From positions 1-21,217 of the forward strand of contig QPMI01000390.1 of assembly GCA_004431415.1 (NCBI GenBank): DNA of 21,217 nucleotides, in the 5' to 3' direction. A program made the position numbers and the translations under genes. The notes below the pieces were generated by a model. It was not told the DNA's origin. It was given only the letters and a program-made list of their open reading frames with translations, and searched no databases. Origin of the DNA: Cyanophora paradoxa CCMP329. Its lineage: Eukaryota > Plantae > Glaucophyta. The first letter of the stretch is position 1; each line of letters starts with the position of its first letter. Shown here piece by piece: positions 9,890 to 18,053 of the stretch.

Positions 9890-10660
9890 CTATGCCTAGT
9901 AGGCTAGGGCCTCCGAGAAGGCGCACTATAATCTAGCCACTCTGTACACGCTAGAGTACGGCCCGCCGTGTCGTCGGCACGGCGGGTCGGGTCGGGGGCT
10001 CGCTCGTGCGAGAGCAAGCCTGGTGGAGCCGCCGGGTTCAGAGCATCGGGGGAGATTGGTCGGGGGAAGGGGGGACGGGGGCAGGGAGGAGGGCACGGCA
10101 TGGGGCGACGTTGGGCGGCGGGAAAGGACGGGGGAGGACCGGGTCGGGCAGCCGCGGTCGGGAGGAGGGAGGTTCCAGTGGCGCGTTCTGCCGGGCTTCC
10201 AGCCGCCCGCCGACCGCCTCCCCCCCGCCGCGGGCAATGACGAGCCCCCTCCACGGCGGTCCGACCGCCCCGGCCTGGCGCGTGGCCGGGGCAGGCGCCG
10301 GTGGGTTCAGCGGCCGACTGACGACCTTCCACCTGGCAGCCCGCACCACCGTCCCCTCCCTGGGGTAGCGGGAGATCAGCAGAATGGCAGGGGCAGAGGG
10401 GGTGGAGGGTGGGGCCGTGGGGGAAGGCGACTGGGGCAACGGGCGAGAGAGGGCAGGGGGAGCAAGAGCAGCGGTGGCGGCGGAAGGCGAGCGTGTCGGC
10501 GGTAGCGAGGGACGTGTGGAGGCGCAAGTCGCGCAGGTGACGGCGGGTCGGCGGCGGGCGCGAGGGCCCGGCGAGCGGCCGTAGGTGATAGGTTGAGAGT
10601 GAGGTCGTCAGTGGGCGTAGTGATGGAGTCTCCGTGTCTCCTCGTCTCCTCCAGTGGTAG

Positions 10661-10686
10661 CCCCCCCCCCCCCCCCCCCCTCCCCC
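10661..10686 (-). repeat. G5-A-G20 tract at the start of the LINE 3' UTR (poly-C on +)
   Basis: C20-T-C5 on the + strand, 12 nt downstream of the ORF2 stop. Confidence 0.9.
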
Positions 10687-10698
10687 TACGAGGGTAGG

Positions 10699-13600
10699 TT
10701 AATCGTCCGGGGGGGGCAGGCTCCAGGGGCGGACCTTGGTGCTGTCGTAGAGCTCTTGGGCTTGAAGCGCTGCCTTCCATCCTCGGTATTCCGGCGGGCA
10801 GTCAGCGTTCTGGGCTGCACGGAGTTCGTTATGGAGGTGCAGGGGCCCGTCGCAGGCGGGGCAGTATTCTATCGGGGCACGAGGGCCGCGGGCGCGCTCT
10901 TTAGCTCTAGCCCCTGTGCGGCGCGGGCGCGGGCGGCGTTTGGAGGCCTGGGAGATGCGACAATCCTTCTCCCATGCGGCGTTGATCGCACACCTGTTGG
11001 ACCAGAGCCGACGCGCGCGTTCTATTAGCATCTGGCGCACGCGCTTAGCCGTGCGGGGAGCGCGGCGCGGATCGAGGTCGAGCCGACGGATCAGGTCGCT
11101 TTCGAGCGATGTAGGAGCGACGCCCTGGAGTACCCAGAGCCGCGGGAAGACGGTCGGGTCGTCGTCGAGTCTGCGCGCTGCGGCGTCATCGTCGGCTACG
11201 CGTAGGTAGGCGGGCACAAGACCGGAGGCGAGTGCCAGCGTTGGATCGACGTTTTTGGGCTGGGAGCCGTGAGCCTCGCGGTGGACGCGCCGCAGGAAGC
11301 GATTCAGCTCACGGGCGGTCTCCGCGCGGTGCGCCACTGCATGGGGCCCCGGGCATAGGAAGACGTGCGTGAATGTCTCCGCTGGGCCCGCCGTAAGAAC
11401 TGTCGGCACCGCGCGCTGTCTGCTGGGGCCGGCCTGCACTGGCTGCTCGCTCGCTTCAGCTGGGCTTGCTCGATCTTGCCGAGCACGCGGTGTCCGCGTA
11501 GCGCAAGCCGCGCAACGGCCGCCCGGGTTGTGGGCTGCGTAGAGGTCGGGCCTATCCCGTACCCGGACTTCGTTCGCTGGGAGGGAGCTGCAGAGTAGTT
11601 GGGTCCTGAACTTGAAGAGCGCGTTGCTAGCCCCGCTCGCGCCGCGGAACCTGGATCCTACAGCCGTTTCCGCGTACAGTCCGCCGATGTCTGCTCCGGC
11701 GTCGCCGCGGCGAAGGACCGCTCCAGCCAGTGGTTGCTGCGCCCAAGCGAAGTGCGTGTGGTGCTCGTGCAAGGTGTCCATGTGCTCCTTCGGGTCGCCT
11801 TCCACCCGCCTTACGGTGCCGTCACCGTTGCCGATTGTGAGGACCGCGGGCATGCTGAATTCCGGCGGCAGGAAAACGGGCTCGTGAAGGCGCTTGTCAG
11901 GTAGCTGTGTGTCGGCTATGCGGTTTGCTATAGCGTCGGCGACATCGTTGTGCGGGTCCCGCGCGTCGCCTTTCGCATGGGCCTTGACCTTTACGAGCGT
12001 GAGCGGCCGTCCCCGCAAGTCTAGCTGGGCTCTCAGTTTACGCCACGCGTACAGCTCAGCGGAGCAGGCGTGCCGGATGTACTCGCGCGGGCTACGCTGG
12101 GCGGCGTCAAGGACGAACTCCGTGCACCAGCGGATCGCGTTCTGGTTGTCGATGTGAACCACCGCTCCGAACGGTGACAACATGTCCGCCATAAGCACTG
12201 CCTGCAATTCCGCTTTATTGATTTCCTGTGTCCCGCTCAGGCGGGCGTGAAAGTCGGGGAAAACGTTCGGGGGGTGGAGGCTCGCGCCGGTGCGCAGGTG
12301 GCGCTCTGGCCAGTGGACCGCAAAGGCCCCGCGCGCGAAGTTCGTCTGGCCTTCCTGCAGGCTCCCGTCCGTCCAGACTTGGGCTGGCGTGTCCGCCACG
12401 TAGGTCCCGTCGGATTCGGTTTCAGCTGCCCGTAGGTCACTGCGGAGGTCCGCCTCGAGCCCGTCCCACGCTTTAAAGAAGGTCGCCCAGACCTCCCCGT
12501 CCATCAGCTCGTCGTAGTAGTTCCGCGCTTGCTCAGAGCTGATCGGCTCCGCTTCGTCTTGCGGCAGGTGTAGCGGCTCCGGCGGGTCCGCTTCCAGCTC
12601 TGCGAGGTGGGCGGCGTCCTCGGGTGAGAGGAGGTGCCACTGAACGCGATCGTCGCCCTCCTGCCTGGCCTGCAGCAGCATCCGCCACCGGTGCGCGTCC
12701 ATCGCCGCCGCCGCCGCGGCCCGTGTGGGGTGAAAGTATTCGAGCAGGCCCTGGCACCGGACCTTGCGGCTGGCGCGGCCTGAGCGGGTGGCGACCTGGC
12801 CCTCACACTCGGCCGCGGGCACGTTGCTGTACTCGACCATCGACACAGCGCCAGGTACGGCTCCCAGCGCAGCGGCATGTTCGACCCAGCCCCCGACCGA
12901 GGTCCCGTGCTCCCCTGCGTCGTCGCAGGTGCTCGTCGCCCGGCAGGCCGCGCCGTCGGCTCGCGGGCAGGTGTGATCGTCGTGCCAGTGCCGCCGGCCC
13001 TCCCCGGGTATGATATTGTAGCGGCGCTGCGCAAGGGGCGGCTCCCGGATTTCGTGCTGACAGTGTCCATCGCAGCGGCAGTAGGCGCCGTCGGCGATCG
13101 GGTCCGCTTCTTCCGGGACAGGGATCCAGTGTTCGAGCCGGCATTCCGTCGCAACAAGGCGGCCCGGCTCGGAGTCAGCCGAACGGAGGCGGCCGACGTG
13201 GGGCGGTATCGTCGCATCGTGAATGGTCGCCAGGTCGTAGTAGCAGACGAAATCGTCCGGTCGGTGAATGTATTTCTTAGCTCCGCCTGGCAGCTGAGCC
13301 ATGGCCGAGGGGGGAGTACCGGGGGGCTGCCTCATCGGGTGCCGGAGGGCTCCCTTGCCGCTGGCGTCCAGCGTCAGGGCCTTGGCGAGGGTGTTCCACC
13401 AGGGAGGGGCGGCCCAGGGCAGGGTGTTGCGGGGGGCGCGGAGGTGCAGGTCCCGCCAAGTGCATAGGCGCTCGCCGTCGCGCGCCGTAACGGAGGACAT
13501 CCAGTACATGCCGGCGGCGTAGAGGGCAGGGGCCGCATCTCTGAAGATCTCTTTGGGGATGTGCGTCGCCAGCACGTACTCGCGCAAGAGCTCTGCCGGC

Positions 13601-14688
13601 TTCGGCCAGGGTACACCGGCCCCGGGGGGGTACGGGGCGGTCACGTATCGTGCGTGGTTCGATTGGATCCTGTACTGGCGGCGCTGCAGCAGCGGCATCA
13701 CAGCGGCGATCGTGTTGGCTTTCGCTAGCTGAGGCGTTACGTGCGCGTTCAGGAACTCTGTCGGCAGCAGCGGCACGCCTAGCTTTCGCTGGAGGGCGCG
13801 AACGCGGTGGGCCATCACCTGAGATAGCAGCTCGTCAGGCTCGCCACAGAGCCGCGCGAGCAGGTCCGTGATCTGGTTCTTGGCCATCAGGTGCGCCATG
13901 CGCGGGAGGCGGTACGTGCCGTGGCTCCAGAGCGCATAGTTCGACGTTGACGCCGCAAGACCGCCGTGGTGCTTAACTACTCGCAGCCAGATGGCGTCCA
14001 GCCGGTCGCACTGGGCTTCCGACAGCGGCACCACCTTGAGTCCGTACGCGATCCGCGCCTGCACGACGGCCTCGACGATGTAGCAGGCCTCTTGCGCGGT
14101 CAGTTGCTTGCGTGCGATGACCGCGACGGTCTCGCGGGCTTGCGCTTCCATCTGTCTAATCTGCTCCGTCCACGACAGGTTCGCGGTCAAGTAGACGCCG
14201 AGCAGCTTAAAGTGCGCGCCCGGCGCCAGCTTCTTGCCGACCGGCACACGCGGGTGGCCCAGCAGCGGAGCCTCTGGCTCGGGTGAGACGTTGTTGTACG
14301 TGAACTCAGTCTTCGACGCGTTGACCGTGATGTCGTGCATGCGGAAGAACTCGGAGGCGACGTCGGCCAGTTTCTGGATTCCGGCCGCTGTGCCGCTCCA
14401 CCACTGGGTGTCGTCCGCGTACGCGCACCCCGTGACGCGCGCGCGGGCTGCCCGGCATCCGCGACCGCGTCGCCCAGGACGTACGCGACCCCTCCCCGCC
14501 TCGGTCGCAGTCAATTCTGTCCAACTCTTGCTGAGCGCAGAGGAGGGCGTCGTAGAAGATGAGCCAGTGGAGCGGGGACTCGATGCCGCCCTGCGGGAGG
14601 CCGCACTCAAGCTCGAAAGCGTCAGAGAGTCCGTGCCCCGTAATCGCTCGCGCGCGCCGCCGCTCAAAGATATTGCGGTGCAGGTCAA
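10699..14688 (-). CDS. LINE ORF2, C-terminal part: RT catalytic YADD and thumb, RNase H, zinc fingers (true coding from ~14440)
   Basis: AYADD (YADD at 14410-14421), VNASKT, FKLLGV, HGGL. RNase H motifs WTDGS, AEL, IDN, KVKAH, HNDVADAIA. CxxC...ETFTHVFLC, LWSNRC and a terminal CPAC..H.H..C. Stop at 10699-10701. Confidence 0.93.
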   Translation of the reverse strand: MTCTAISLSGGARERLRGTDSLTLSSLSAASRRAASSPRSTGSSSTTPSSALSKSWTELTATEAGRGRVRPGRRGRGCRAARARVTGCAYADDTQWWSGTAAGIQKLADVASEFFRMHDITVNASKTEFTYNNVSPEPEAPLLGHPRVPVGKKLAPGAHFKLLGVYLTANLSWTEQIRQMEAQARETVAVIARKQLTAQEACYIVEAVVQARIAYGLKVVPLSEAQCDRLDAIWLRVVKHHGGLAASTSNYALWSHGTYRLPRMAHLMAKNQITDLLARLCGEPDELLSQVMAHRVRALQRKLGVPLLPTEFLNAHVTPQLAKANTIAAVMPLLQRRQYRIQSNHARYVTAPYPPGAGVPWPKPAELLREYVLATHIPKEIFRDAAPALYAAGMYWMSSVTARDGERLCTWRDLHLRAPRNTLPWAAPPWWNTLAKALTLDASGKGALRHPMRQPPGTPPSAMAQLPGGAKKYIHRPDDFVCYYDLATIHDATIPPHVGRLRSADSEPGRLVATECRLEHWIPVPEEADPIADGAYCRCDGHCQHEIREPPLAQRRYNIIPGEGRRHWHDDHTCPRADGAACRATSTCDDAGEHGTSVGGWVEHAAALGAVPGAVSMVEYSNVPAAECEGQVATRSGRASRKVRCQGLLEYFHPTRAAAAAAMDAHRWRMLLQARQEGDDRVQWHLLSPEDAAHLAELEADPPEPLHLPQDEAEPISSEQARNYYDELMDGEVWATFFKAWDGLEADLRSDLRAAETESDGTYVADTPAQVWTDGSLQEGQTNFARGAFAVHWPERHLRTGASLHPPNVFPDFHARLSGTQEINKAELQAVLMADMLSPFGAVVHIDNQNAIRWCTEFVLDAAQRSPREYIRHACSAELYAWRKLRAQLDLRGRPLTLVKVKAHAKGDARDPHNDVADAIANRIADTQLPDKRLHEPVFLPPEFSMPAVLTIGNGDGTVRRVEGDPKEHMDTLHEHHTHFAWAQQPLAGAVLRRGDAGADIGGLYAETAVGSRFRGASGASNALFKFRTQLLCSSLPANEVRVRDRPDLYAAHNPGGRCAACATRTPRARQDRASPAEASEQPVQAGPSRQRAVPTVLTAGPAETFTHVFLCPGPHAVAHRAETARELNRFLRRVHREAHGSQPKNVDPTLALASGLVPAYLRVADDDAAARRLDDDPTVFPRLWVLQGVAPTSLESDLIRRLDLDPRRAPRTAKRVRQMLIERARRLWSNRCAINAAWEKDCRISQASKRRPRPRRTGARAKERARGPRAPIEYCPACDGPLHLHNELRAAQNADCPPEYRGWKAALQAQELYDSTKVRPWSLPPPDD
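10798..10863 (-). other. Second putative zinc-binding motif (CPACDGPLHLHNELRAAQNADC)
   Basis: C-X2-C-X4-H-X-H-X10-C after a basic Arg-rich stretch at the ORF2 C-terminus. Confidence 0.5.
11353..11514 (-). other. C-terminal CCHC zinc finger with expanded spacer (C-X2-C-X45-H-X3-C)
   Basis: CAAC...ETFTHVFLC. The ETxxHxxxC half is the typical LINE ORF2 zinc-knuckle signature. Confidence 0.7.
11920..12385 (-). other. RNase H1-like domain
   Basis: D-E-D-D set intact: WTDGS (12361-12375), KAELQAV, HIDNQ, NDVAD, plus the His of VKVKAH. Confidence 0.92.
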
Positions 14689-15260
14689 TGTACCCTTCCG
14701 GGGCCCCGATCCGGCGGAGGGAGAGCTCCATGCTGACCCACGATACTGAATCGTACGCCCGCCGAATGTCTTGGAGCAGGATATAAATGGGTTTATGGTG
14801 CTCTTTAGCGTCCTCTAGGATGGCCACCGTGAGGTGCAGGGCGTCGTCCGTCGACTTGGACTTCCTGAAGCCATAGTTCACCCCCTTCAGGACCCCGTGC
14901 TTCTCTATAGCATCCGCTAGTCGCTTCGTGAGCAGGCCCGTTGCTAGCTTCAGGCCGACCTCTTGGAGCGTGATTGGGCGGAGGTTGCCTTCGATGTCCC
15001 CGTCCCAGACCCCCTTCTTCGGGATCCCGAAGATATTGCTCTCACACATCTCGCTGGGCAGGTCGCGGAGGCGGAGCACCTCGCAGACGATCGCCATCAG
15101 GAGCCGGCGCCCGCGGGGTGGGTACGCCTCCGGATCCATCGCGTCGGGCAGCTCCGGGTTCCAGAGCGTCTTCAAGATTGCGTTTGTACAGTTCGAGGGC
15201 CCGCCCGCCCCGTCTGTCAGCGAGCGCACGTACGCCCCTAGCTCCTCGTACGTAGGCTCG
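14185..15260 (-). other. Reverse transcriptase domain (non-LTR type), split by a frameshift
   Basis: Ordered non-LTR RT motifs from EPTYEEL/GAGGPS through RPI, DxxxAYDSV, QGxxxSP, YADD, NxSKT and LLGV. Confidence 0.95.
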
Positions 15261-17554
15261 ATCATTGTCCCGGCGAATGCATCTGCTGCGCCAGCTTGCA
15301 GAACCAGGGGCCGGTAGACTGAACGCCAGAAGTCGGGGGGCAGGTAGTCTAGCGCGGAGTCGGGCACCAGGTCGACTGTGCCGCCAAGCTGGGGGTTGCG
15401 TTTAGCACACCATTGCTTCCAGTGCTCGGCCATGACGGCTTTGACCTCATCGGGAGACGTGTAAATTTCGTAAAAGTTTCCGTCGCGCGCTAGTCGCGTG
15501 ACGTGCATGATCGGCTCCCCGCGCGAGCGTTCCAGTACAGAGTTTAGATAGCTGCGCAGCTGGCGCGGGTCCGCAAAGCGCGCCTGGCGCGCCGTGACGA
15601 ACTCCTGGATCTGCCGGTTACGTTCTGCGCTCGTCTCTTTCTGGTGGCGTCTGCGAACGCGGTTCCGCCAGTTGTTCAGGAGCTTGAAGTAGAGTCGCCA
15701 CGACCCGTAGCGGGCCAGGAAGGGCGCTGCGTCGTCCGGGTCGCGGACGGGGCGGCGCGGCATGGGTTCGGGTCCCGGGACGAGGCTTTTGACGAGGCCC
15801 TCAAGTTTCTCGATCCGGGTGATCAGTCGGGACGACGGTAAGCCTCCAGCGGATTCTGCAGCCCATCCAGCGAGTAGGCGACCGACCTTCTTGTCCATCA
15901 CCAGCTGCCATGCGACCGGCCGCCGGTTCGCGGGGCGGGAGCCGCGCGCTTTCAGGCACTTGTGTTCTTTAGCTAGCGCCAGCACGTCCTCGGTGGCCCG
16001 CCGGTAGAGGGTACCGATTCGCTCCCGCCGCTCCTCGTCGGTGCCGCCGCCGACGCCGTTCAGGGCCTTGTCCAGTTCTGTCTCCAGTCCTTGCAGGCGC
16101 TCTTCCACCGCCTTTCGGAACGCCGGGAGCTTCTCTTTGTCGATGAGGTGCAGCGCGAAGAGGGGCGGGGGCTTCGCCGGGCGCGCCTCGTCCTTGGCTG
16201 GCTGGCTGAGCTCCGCCATTTTCAGATCGTAGTCGGCCATGACGGGGAAGTGATCAGAAGGGTGCGGCATGGCCACGGCTCGGGGCAGTGCATGCACCGA
16301 TCGCGACGACGTTTTCAGGCTCGCCGAGTGAAGCACCGCATCGATGCGCCCCGCCGAGACGATAACGTCGTCGGGCGCAGGATCCAGCAAGCGGTCGTCC
16401 GACACGAGTTCTGGCGCCTCGGCCGCCGAGTCCCCGGATTCGTCGTCGTCCGCTGGCGGGGCCCCCGATGTCTCCGCGGGCGGGCCGTGGCGGGCGATGA
16501 AGGTGACCTCCGTTCCTTTTCCTTTCTCTTCTGCAGCATCTAACAGCCCCCACGTGCCTCGCAGCGTCCCCCACCACGCGCGTTCCGGTATCTGGGACTG
16601 GACGAAGCTGCCCTGACGAATGCGGGAAGTGGCCGGGATCGCAACAGAGTTCCAGTCACCCAGGAGAATCAGGTGAGCGTTCGTGCGAGAGCGAAAGTCC
16701 GCGTTGATGCGCTCGAGGCACTCCATCAGCGCCTTTTGATCCGCTATGTGCTCAGGTTTGCTCGCAGTAGGAGGCATGTAGACGCTCGCGACGAACAGCT
16801 GGCGGTTCTCCTTGAGGCGGATTTCACATCCGGCGAGTCTGCCTGGGCAGCGGTAGTGCCGCGCGATGTGGCGCGCCCACGGCGCGGCGACCCAGAGAGC
16901 AGTCCCGTTCCCTTTTGTTTTCGATTTCTTAATCGAGTGGATCAGCCTCCCGCGCGTGATCGAGCTGAGCGGGGCCTCGCCGGGGGCAGCGGCCGGGGTG
17001 AGGAGGGCCGCCTGCAACTCGGCGTTCGAAATCGAGAGCTCCTGCAGCGCCATCAAATCTAGTGCCCATTTCTCCGCGAAGTCCTCCGCCTGCTGTAGCC
17101 GGCCCGCCGACGTGCCCCTTGTGTTAAACGTCATCACTCTTAGAGCATCGTCGGGCTTGTGGCGGGAGAGGGCAGGCGCCGGGCCTATGAGAGGGCTCCC
17201 AGCAGCAAAGTGCGCGGGCGGGAAGAGCGCGCCTAACGTTATCACGGCATGCGCAGGGGCAGGTGCGGGAGCTACGGGCGGGGGCGCGGCTACGCCAGCA
17301 GCAGTTGCACTAGTACTAGTTACGGGGACAGCAGCGGCCGCCGACGGCGTGCTTCGGAGCGAAGTGTCCACGGAGGGGAGCCAGGCGAGGCGTCCATGGA
17401 GGGGGGCTCCGCGTAAGGGTTCCGCGGCAGAGAGCGAGGCCTCAGGGCCCGCCGCAGGTGCCTGAGAAGTCGACGTGTGCAGGTGCACCTCCAATTCTTC
17501 AAGGGCCGTGAGACGGTTGGAGTGCGTCGGGATGCCGCGCGAGCTCGCCTGCAC
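14306..17554 (-). CDS. LINE ORF2, N-terminal part: APE endonuclease plus RT up to the QG..SP motif (coding probably ends at ~14490 through a frameshift)
   Basis: APE motifs VMTFNTRG, ALQE, SVYMP, LLGDWN, RID, SDHFPV. RT motifs IPKK, LRPITL, YGFR, QDIRRAYDSV, GLPQGGIESPLHW. The frame is open from 17680. The first ATG is at 17134, and the listed start is a GTG. Confidence 0.93.
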   Translation of the reverse strand: MQASSRGIPTHSNRLTALEELEVHLHTSTSQAPAAGPEASLSAAEPLRGAPLHGRLAWLPSVDTSLRSTPSAAAAVPVTSTSATAAGVAAPPPVAPAPAPAHAVITLGALFPPAHFAAGSPLIGPAPALSRHKPDDALRVMTFNTRGTSAGRLQQAEDFAEKWALDLMALQELSISNAELQAALLTPAAAPGEAPLSSITRGRLIHSIKKSKTKGNGTALWVAAPWARHIARHYRCPGRLAGCEIRLKENRQLFVASVYMPPTASKPEHIADQKALMECLERINADFRSRTNAHLILLGDWNSVAIPATSRIRQGSFVQSQIPERAWWGTLRGTWGLLDAAEEKGKGTEVTFIARHGPPAETSGAPPADDDESGDSAAEAPELVSDDRLLDPAPDDVIVSAGRIDAVLHSASLKTSSRSVHALPRAVAMPHPSDHFPVMADYDLKMAELSQPAKDEARPAKPPPLFALHLIDKEKLPAFRKAVEERLQGLETELDKALNGVGGGTDEERRERIGTLYRRATEDVLALAKEHKCLKARGSRPANRRPVAWQLVMDKKVGRLLAGWAAESAGGLPSSRLITRIEKLEGLVKSLVPGPEPMPRRPVRDPDDAAPFLARYGSWRLYFKLLNNWRNRVRRRHQKETSAERNRQIQEFVTARQARFADPRQLRSYLNSVLERSRGEPIMHVTRLARDGNFYEIYTSPDEVKAVMAEHWKQWCAKRNPQLGGTVDLVPDSALDYLPPDFWRSVYRPLVLQAGAADAFAGTMIEPTYEELGAYVRSLTDGAGGPSNCTNAILKTLWNPELPDAMDPEAYPPRGRRLLMAIVCEVLRLRDLPSEMCESNIFGIPKKGVWDGDIEGNLRPITLQEVGLKLATGLLTKRLADAIEKHGVLKGVNYGFRKSKSTDDALHLTVAILEDAKEHHKPIYILLQDIRRAYDSVSWVSMELSLRRIGAPEGYIDLHRNIFERRRARAITGHGLSDAFELECGLPQGGIESPLHWLIFYDALLCAQQELDRIDCDRGGEGSRTSWATRSRMPGSPRARHGVRVRGRHPVVERHSGRNPETGRRRLRVLPHARHHGQRVED
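16225..17146 (-). other. Apurinic-like (APE/EEP) endonuclease domain
   Basis: Catalytic-motif residues present in order: N (TFN), E (LQE 17039-17047), Y (VYMP), D/N (GDWN 16649-16660), D (RID 16340-16348), D/H (SDH 16250-16258). Confidence 0.92.
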
Positions 17555-18039
17555 CTGATCATGAGGCGTGGGGCGCGTGTGAGCAGCGCGCGCGGGGCGG
17601 TGTGATAGCGAGCTCGAGCCGTTGCGCGCTGGGGCGCGGGCGATCCGGTCGCACGAACGCGGGCTTCTATGGTATGGTCTCTAGAGCGTTCGTAGCAGGC
17701 AAAGCGGGATAGAGCAAAGCGGTTTGGAGTCACAGCGGTGAGGGAGGGACGGGGCCCTCGCGAGGCATGCGGTCGGGAGTGGCAATGCGGTCGGGCCCGT
17801 CGGGCAAAGCGTACGTTTCGGGGGTTGGCAGGAGGCACGCGCTTTGGCGTGGCTAAGCTAACGGGCAGGAGGGGCCGCGAGGGGTGCACTTGGTTCGCTC
17901 ACCATTTTCCGCTGGGCCACCTGCAGGCGAGCGCCTATGCACCTCTCTACGGTCCTTCTCCGATACAACAAGCTGGCTACCGCGGCCCGTAAGACCTGGC
18001 GGCCGGGCGGCCTACGTACTTTTTCGGTCGCAGCGAATC

Positions 18040-18053
18040 CAGCAGGCCTAGCC
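18040..18053 (+). repeat. Candidate TSD, right copy (CAGCAGGCCTAGCC)
   Basis: Identical to 9590-9603. Confidence 0.45.

Larger units (their letters stand above)
9604..18039 (-). mobile_element. Non-LTR retrotransposon (LINE; APE-RT-RNase H-zinc finger, L1-like architecture); ends tentative
   Basis: Domain order on the minus strand across 10699-17680 is diagnostic of an APE-type LINE. The ends are set only by the candidate 14-bp TSD CAGCAGGCCTAGCC and are much less certain than the core. Confidence 0.85.

Noticed and set aside
8812-10780. Overlapping Arg/Gly/Pro-rich ORFs of 60-207 aa on both strands
   Set aside because: Expected in very GC-rich DNA, low complexity, with no recognisable motifs.
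10916-17465. Plus-strand and alternate-frame ORFs over ORF2 (e.g. 12877-13467, 16866-17465, 12504-13217)
   Set aside because: Antisense or out-of-frame shadows of a GC-rich coding sequence.
9604-18039. LTR, DIRS, Penelope or Dualen classification
   Set aside because: No LTRs, integrase, protease, tyrosine recombinase, GIY-YIG or restriction-like endonuclease motifs. An N-terminal APE with a non-LTR RT fits a LINE.
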